A stretch of 64,000 nucleotides of DNA, from NCBI RefSeq assembly GCF_018350175.1, contig NC_058369.1:1-64000 (forward strand). Reading direction: 5' to 3'. The stretch comes from Felis catus (lineage: Eukaryota). Made by a program: the position numbers and the translations under genes. How positions within the stretch are numbered: position 1 is the stretch's first letter; the number at the start of each line of letters is the position of its first letter. Positions 59,501-64,000 of the stretch are shown piece by piece. The notes under the pieces were generated by a model. That model searched no databases. It was not told the DNA's origin and saw only the letters and a list, made by a program, of their open reading frames with translations.

Positions 59501-62500
59501 TTTGGTGTGGGGTCCAGTTCTCTACCGCTCCTGTGTGGTTGGGGGGCCGGGTACCTCATGTGTTTTAGAGGAAAGGGGAAGAATCAGGTAGGTGCCACCT
59601 TAAAGCTTCCCTTGGACCTCAGCCTGGCTCTTGGGTTGGCGTCTGGCCTTGCACCCCACCTTGCTCTCCTGCACCCACTTGCCCTTGCCAGGAGACCCAG
59701 TCAGGCCACAAGCCCTCTCAGTTCTGCTCCTAGGGAGTGGTCCCCTCTGCCAGCCCCCAGGGGAGCCTGTATGGGCCACACTGTGAATGGTCTACAGGTG
59801 TCTGGACAACTGGTGTGCAGTCTGGGGAGAAGATGAAGCAAAGGGGGAAGGGCAAATCTAGAAGAAGCAGGCCTGTAGCCCAGGTCTACTGACTGACCCC
59901 CCCCCACCCCCACCCCATGGCCTGTGGCCAGTGGGGAAGGACACAAGAGCCTGACAAGGAGGCAAGCCCCAGCGGAACTACTTACTGGCCAAGTGAAGGA
60001 GGCGATTGTAGTCCGACACGTGCGGCTTGGGTTTTGGCATGGGGTCCCACTCTTCCAACAGGGTGGCTGGGGCCCTGGGCTTTGCCAGCTGTAGGATCCT
60101 TGTGCTGGGGATTGCCATCTGGGCTGCCTTGGATACTTGGGACACCTGGAAACAATTACAAGGGAAGAGTAAAACAGCCCATGATTCCTCATAGGCCCCT
60201 GGATCAGAAAGACCCCTTTAGTGTTCTAAAAAAAAAAAAAAAGAAAGAAAGAAAGAAAAAAAAAAGATTGGGAAGTTCAGCAAAGGATGAGTAGCTATCA
60301 TATATAAAAAGTTCCTCTAAATCAATAACCCAAAAATCACTATGGGTTTTCATGATTTATATGACTAGGCTAATCAGGTAGGAGAGTAAACCTAAATGGT
60401 GAATAATCATCTCCTTGACCAGGGAAATATAAATTAAAACCACAAAATATTACTTTATGCAAGCAGACTCGGAAAAAATTAAAAAGTCTGAAAAATTGTC
60501 ATGCCCTGGCAAGAATATGGGAGGAGAGAAATCCTCATGCATGGCTGGTAGGACAGTAAATTAGTACAAACACTTTGGAGAGCGTTTGTCCTTCTCAGGT
60601 TGAACATGTGCACTGTTGAAGACCACCATATAGAGAAACCCTACACCGAAGCACAAGGGAATGAGTGGTATTCACCGTAGCTTGAATATCATGGCAAACA
60701 GTTGGAAGCAGCCAGGTTGTCTACCAGTAGGGGACTGGGTAAATCGATTATTCTATACTCGTATGGTAGGGTGCAATCCAGCATGTTAAGTAGTGTTTCT
60801 ATATGAATCACATGCAGTGTTCTAGAAAACAAATACTGAGAGGAAAGCAAGAAAGTTAAGATGCTGTGTATGTATATGGCTACGATTATGGTTTATGGGT
60901 CTATAATAATAAAGTTTAAAATTATGGATATGAGGCAGAGCTGGAAAGAGTGGGGATGATGGAGGGGGAAACCCTGGCAGACATTTCACTGAGAAACTTG
61001 ACCCACTTCCTCCATAGTCAACTTCTTAGTGTTTTCCAGAGAATCCAGACACAATCACAATTGTCGTTTTGGCTACTGTGCATCAGCCTACACAAACGCA
61101 GTGCCTAGACTGAGCTCTGTCATCTCAAGGCTAATCGTTGTCTGCCCCCACCCCCAAAAAAGTGCATACAAGACACGCTCTTCCCAGGCTGCGCTCTCTT
61201 TAGTACGTGTCCTGCTCCGCCCCCCCCTCTTTCCTTACCACTAGCCCACCAGCTGGCTCCTGCACATGTGCAAACAGTCTGCCCGCAAATGAATCGAAGG
61301 GTGGGAAAAATAACATTCTGAATGTGTCTGGCTGTGACAAAAGGGGAAGATGAGCTGGCCACTCCTGCCACCTCTGGAGAGGGAGGAGGAAGCAAGGGTA
61401 GTTGTTGGGATGTTTTACTCCTTATAGAGGAGGCGTAGGTCTGAAATAAACCTGTCGAAGTGTTGGAGTAGGTCCAGGAATGCTTGTGATCGGTGGCGCT
61501 GTGTTTTAATGTCTCGTGTCATACGAAAGCTCTCTGCACAGTACAGGTTTAGCAGGAACCTGCTTGGAAGCGGGGGTTGGCTGAAATGACCTCCAGGGGT
61601 CGGTCTGAAATTTGAGTCCCTTTCCTCTTAAAATTGTCTTCCTTGAAAATCACAGATGCTACTCCTATCAAAGACATCTTGGTGTTTACAATGTTATGTC
61701 CCATTCAACCCTCTGTTGCCTCCCTCCTCCCCACTCCCTGCCTCTCCCTGCCTCCTTTCTTCCCCCACAACTGACATAGCCCAGGCCTGACTGCTGAGGT
61801 AGACACGGGCCCAACAGCAGTCCTGCCTGGAGAGGTGGGCAGGCAGGTAAACTTTCACCTACCCATGCCTTCAGCGAACACTGATTACCACTCTGTGCCC
61901 CGCACAGGGTAAGACAGGCTCAGGAATGCTGCCACAATAAGCAAGAAGGTGCAGTCTCTGTCCTCAGGCTGCTCACAGTCTGGCGGAAGGATCAAGGGTC
62001 CGTCCAGAGACTGTTCTAGGGGCTGGGAAGCAGGCTGAAGGTGGGGTTCCCACCAGACTGGCCGGAAACGGGAGGGTTGGAGGAGGAGAGTTCATTGAGT
62101 TCATTGAGTACACAGGGGCCACACGTAGACGGCAGAGGTGTTCCAAGTAGCGGGACCCGAGTGGGTACAGGCCCAGAGGGTTGTTGAGGAACCCTGCAAT
62201 GGAGCCCGGCAAGGCGGGAGCATGAGGGAGGGAGGTCAGGGAGCACCAAGCCTTGTTGAGCCTTCACTCCTCGGCCCGGGGATGTGGACTCTCCCAGGGA
62301 CCGGACCGTGCCAGGGTCAGGTGCACAGAAGGGAGGAGGTGTCAGGGCAGGAGCCCAGAAAACAGCAGATGCGTCCCTGGGTAAGAGGTGGGTGGGACCG
62401 GTGGAGAGGACAGTGCCCTCCTTTGGATCCTGGTTCAACCAAATTGACCACAAAAGGCCTTTTGGGGGACCACTGAAAAAGTGAACGCAGACTGAGTATT

Positions 62501-63376
62501 CTGATATTAAAGTATTACTGCTAAACTTTTTAGTGTGATCATTGTTATTATGGTTGTCAGTTAGAAGTACATCCTGGAGTGCTTACAATGGTATGACGTC
62601 TGGATTTACTTTTACATATTTTTGAAGGGCGGGGGCCCGTCCAGAAAATAACCACGTGAAAAAATCCATCAACACGTTCTTTGACGCACGTTAAAACCAC
62701 AGTGAGATACCAGCTCCAAGGCAGCTTTATTGGTGCCAGCCCCAACCGGGAGACAGCTCAGACCTCTTCAGTGGGCGAGGGAATAAAGTTGTGGCCATCC
62801 GTGGGACGAAACAGGACTCGGCAACTAGGAAGGCATGAACTGCTAGCAGGCGCGAGGATCTCGGAGACGTTAGCTGAGCCGCGAGGGCGGCCACGAGTCT
62901 GCGGCTCATTCCCGGCCCCGGGGAGAAGGGGAGGCGGGGGAACGGGGGTCACGTGTCCGGCCTGAGCGGGCAGCAGACCAGTGTTTGGTTCGGAAAGGAC
63001 TGAACGGTTCCAGGCCCTCTGAGATGCCCGCGTGTGAGCCGAAGGCCTGGGCCCCACCTTGAGCCCACGTGGGCAGGGAAGGTGTCCCCGCGCAGGCTTC
63101 AAGCGAAACGAAGCTCTGTCCTGAGCAGACACCTGTGAATCCTGCGTGTTCACCTGCACGGTGACAAGCAGGCCGCTCTGGAGTCTGTGTGTCCCTTCTG
63201 CCGCGGACCTCCGGCCCCCGGTTGAGGGGGGCGCCCCAGAGGATAGCAAGGCACCTACCTCAGACATGTTTATGCTCCAAATGTTATTCCGGACCCTCGG
63301 GGTGGCCAGTTCCTTCAGGCGACTAGAAGCTTGGTATTCCAGAGTAGGGCGAGGAACGGGCCAGACGGAGGTGCTC
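56305..63376 (-). CDS. THEG: Testicular haploid expressed gene protein / sperm microtubule-associated protein 2 (SPMAP2), last three coding exons; 5' part lies beyond the window
   Basis: Exons 63376-63259, 60145-59986 and 56543-56305 are in phase, with THEG repeats (SSRLKELATPR, STRILQLAKPR, RLLHLAMPK, SPRIISLAKPK, SPRLYELATPK). Syntenic next to MIER2. Confidence 0.93.
56676..56960 (+). mobile_element. L1MB-like 3' end fragment
   Basis: …gggtttctctttagggagatgaaaattctaaaattgattgtggtaattgatgcacaaccctgtgaatgtactaaaa. Confidence 0.75.
57431..57644 (-). mobile_element. Young SINEC_Fc with 18-bp TSD
   Basis: TSD tatttgattcaattttaa at 57413-57430 and 57645-57662. Confidence 0.96.
59986..60145 (-). 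CDS. THEG: THEG penultimate coding exon
   Basis: VSQVSKAAQMAIPSTRILQLAKPRAPATLLEEWDPMPKPKPHVSDYNRLLHLA; 160 nt; not captured by the ORF track. Confidence 0.93.
63259..63376 (-). CDS. THEG: THEG antepenultimate coding exon
   Basis: STSVWPVPRPTLEYQASSRLKELATPRVRNNIWSINMSE; 118 nt. Confidence 0.92.
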
Positions 63377-64000
63377 CTAAGGGACATCCACATTTGAGAC
63401 AGCAGCCCGACCAGGGGCATGTCCGTGTGCTTCTGTCACCTCTTCTCAGCCCATCTCTGACTTGGGGAATAAGGGACAGCCCCCGGGGGCCACGGAGGGT
63501 TTTGAAAACACCTCCAGGAGGGGATTCCTTAAACAATCCCCAAAAGAAGGCCCCTAAGTGTTCTCAAGGATAGAGCTACCCTCTCCCGAGGTCGTCGCAG
63601 CTCTGTGTGCAGTGGCCGCCTCCCCATTCAGCACTCCCATGTCCTCGTCTGTGGTGACAGCATCTCCCGGGGCCTCTTGCCCACACACCTGTCATCGGGG
63701 CTGGGGTCAGGATAGAAGGGATAGAAGGGCGTGTCCTGTTCTTGCCACAGGAAGCTGGGGAAAGTGCACTTGTACTGAGCTTGAGGGGCTCGCATCTCCT
63801 TAACTCAGACGTCAGCTCTGCCTGTGTCCCCGAAATAAAGCCATGTTTCATCTTTTCTCATCTCTGAGGTTGGAATGCAGCTGATAAATGCTGTCAGCCA
63901 AACGTCAGAAGCTCCACGGGTGCCCCTGCCCGCATGTGCTCTGCATAGTTGTTGGCACAGAAATGGCCTCCGCCGAGTTACATGCATCCCTCCACGTGCA

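Overview
This is a mammalian chromosome end, almost certainly from a cat or other felid: it carries FA-SAT satellite, Can-SINE/SINEC_Fc elements and a carnivore L1. From the left: a (CCCTAA)n telomere (1-2444); a ~120-bp unique island; degenerate telomeric hexamers (to ~3220); about six diverged ~483-bp FA-SAT monomers (to 6070); and a frameshifted vomeronasal type-2 receptor (V2R) pseudogene remnant, terminal 7TM exon only (7388-8237, +). Three minus-strand genes follow in the conserved human 19p13.3 / mouse chr10 order: PLPP2 (complete, 6 coding exons, 288 aa), MIER2 (complete, 14 coding exons, 560 aa) and the last three coding exons of THEG/SPMAP2. Exon boundaries were read by hand with GT-AG sites and consistent phases. 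Most entries in the ORF track are spurious GC-rich or SINE-derived ORFs. There is no CRISPR or other prokaryote-type system, and I cannot claim a new biological system. The most interesting observations are: a telomere/satellite cap placed on an apparently decapitated V2R gene; a second open frame in the THEG last exon that matches the human C-terminus as I recall it; a shared GC-rich derived patch across separate old L1 copies; and a palindromic G-rich minisatellite next to a MIER2 splice acceptor. Cross-species comparisons are from memory and need database confirmation.
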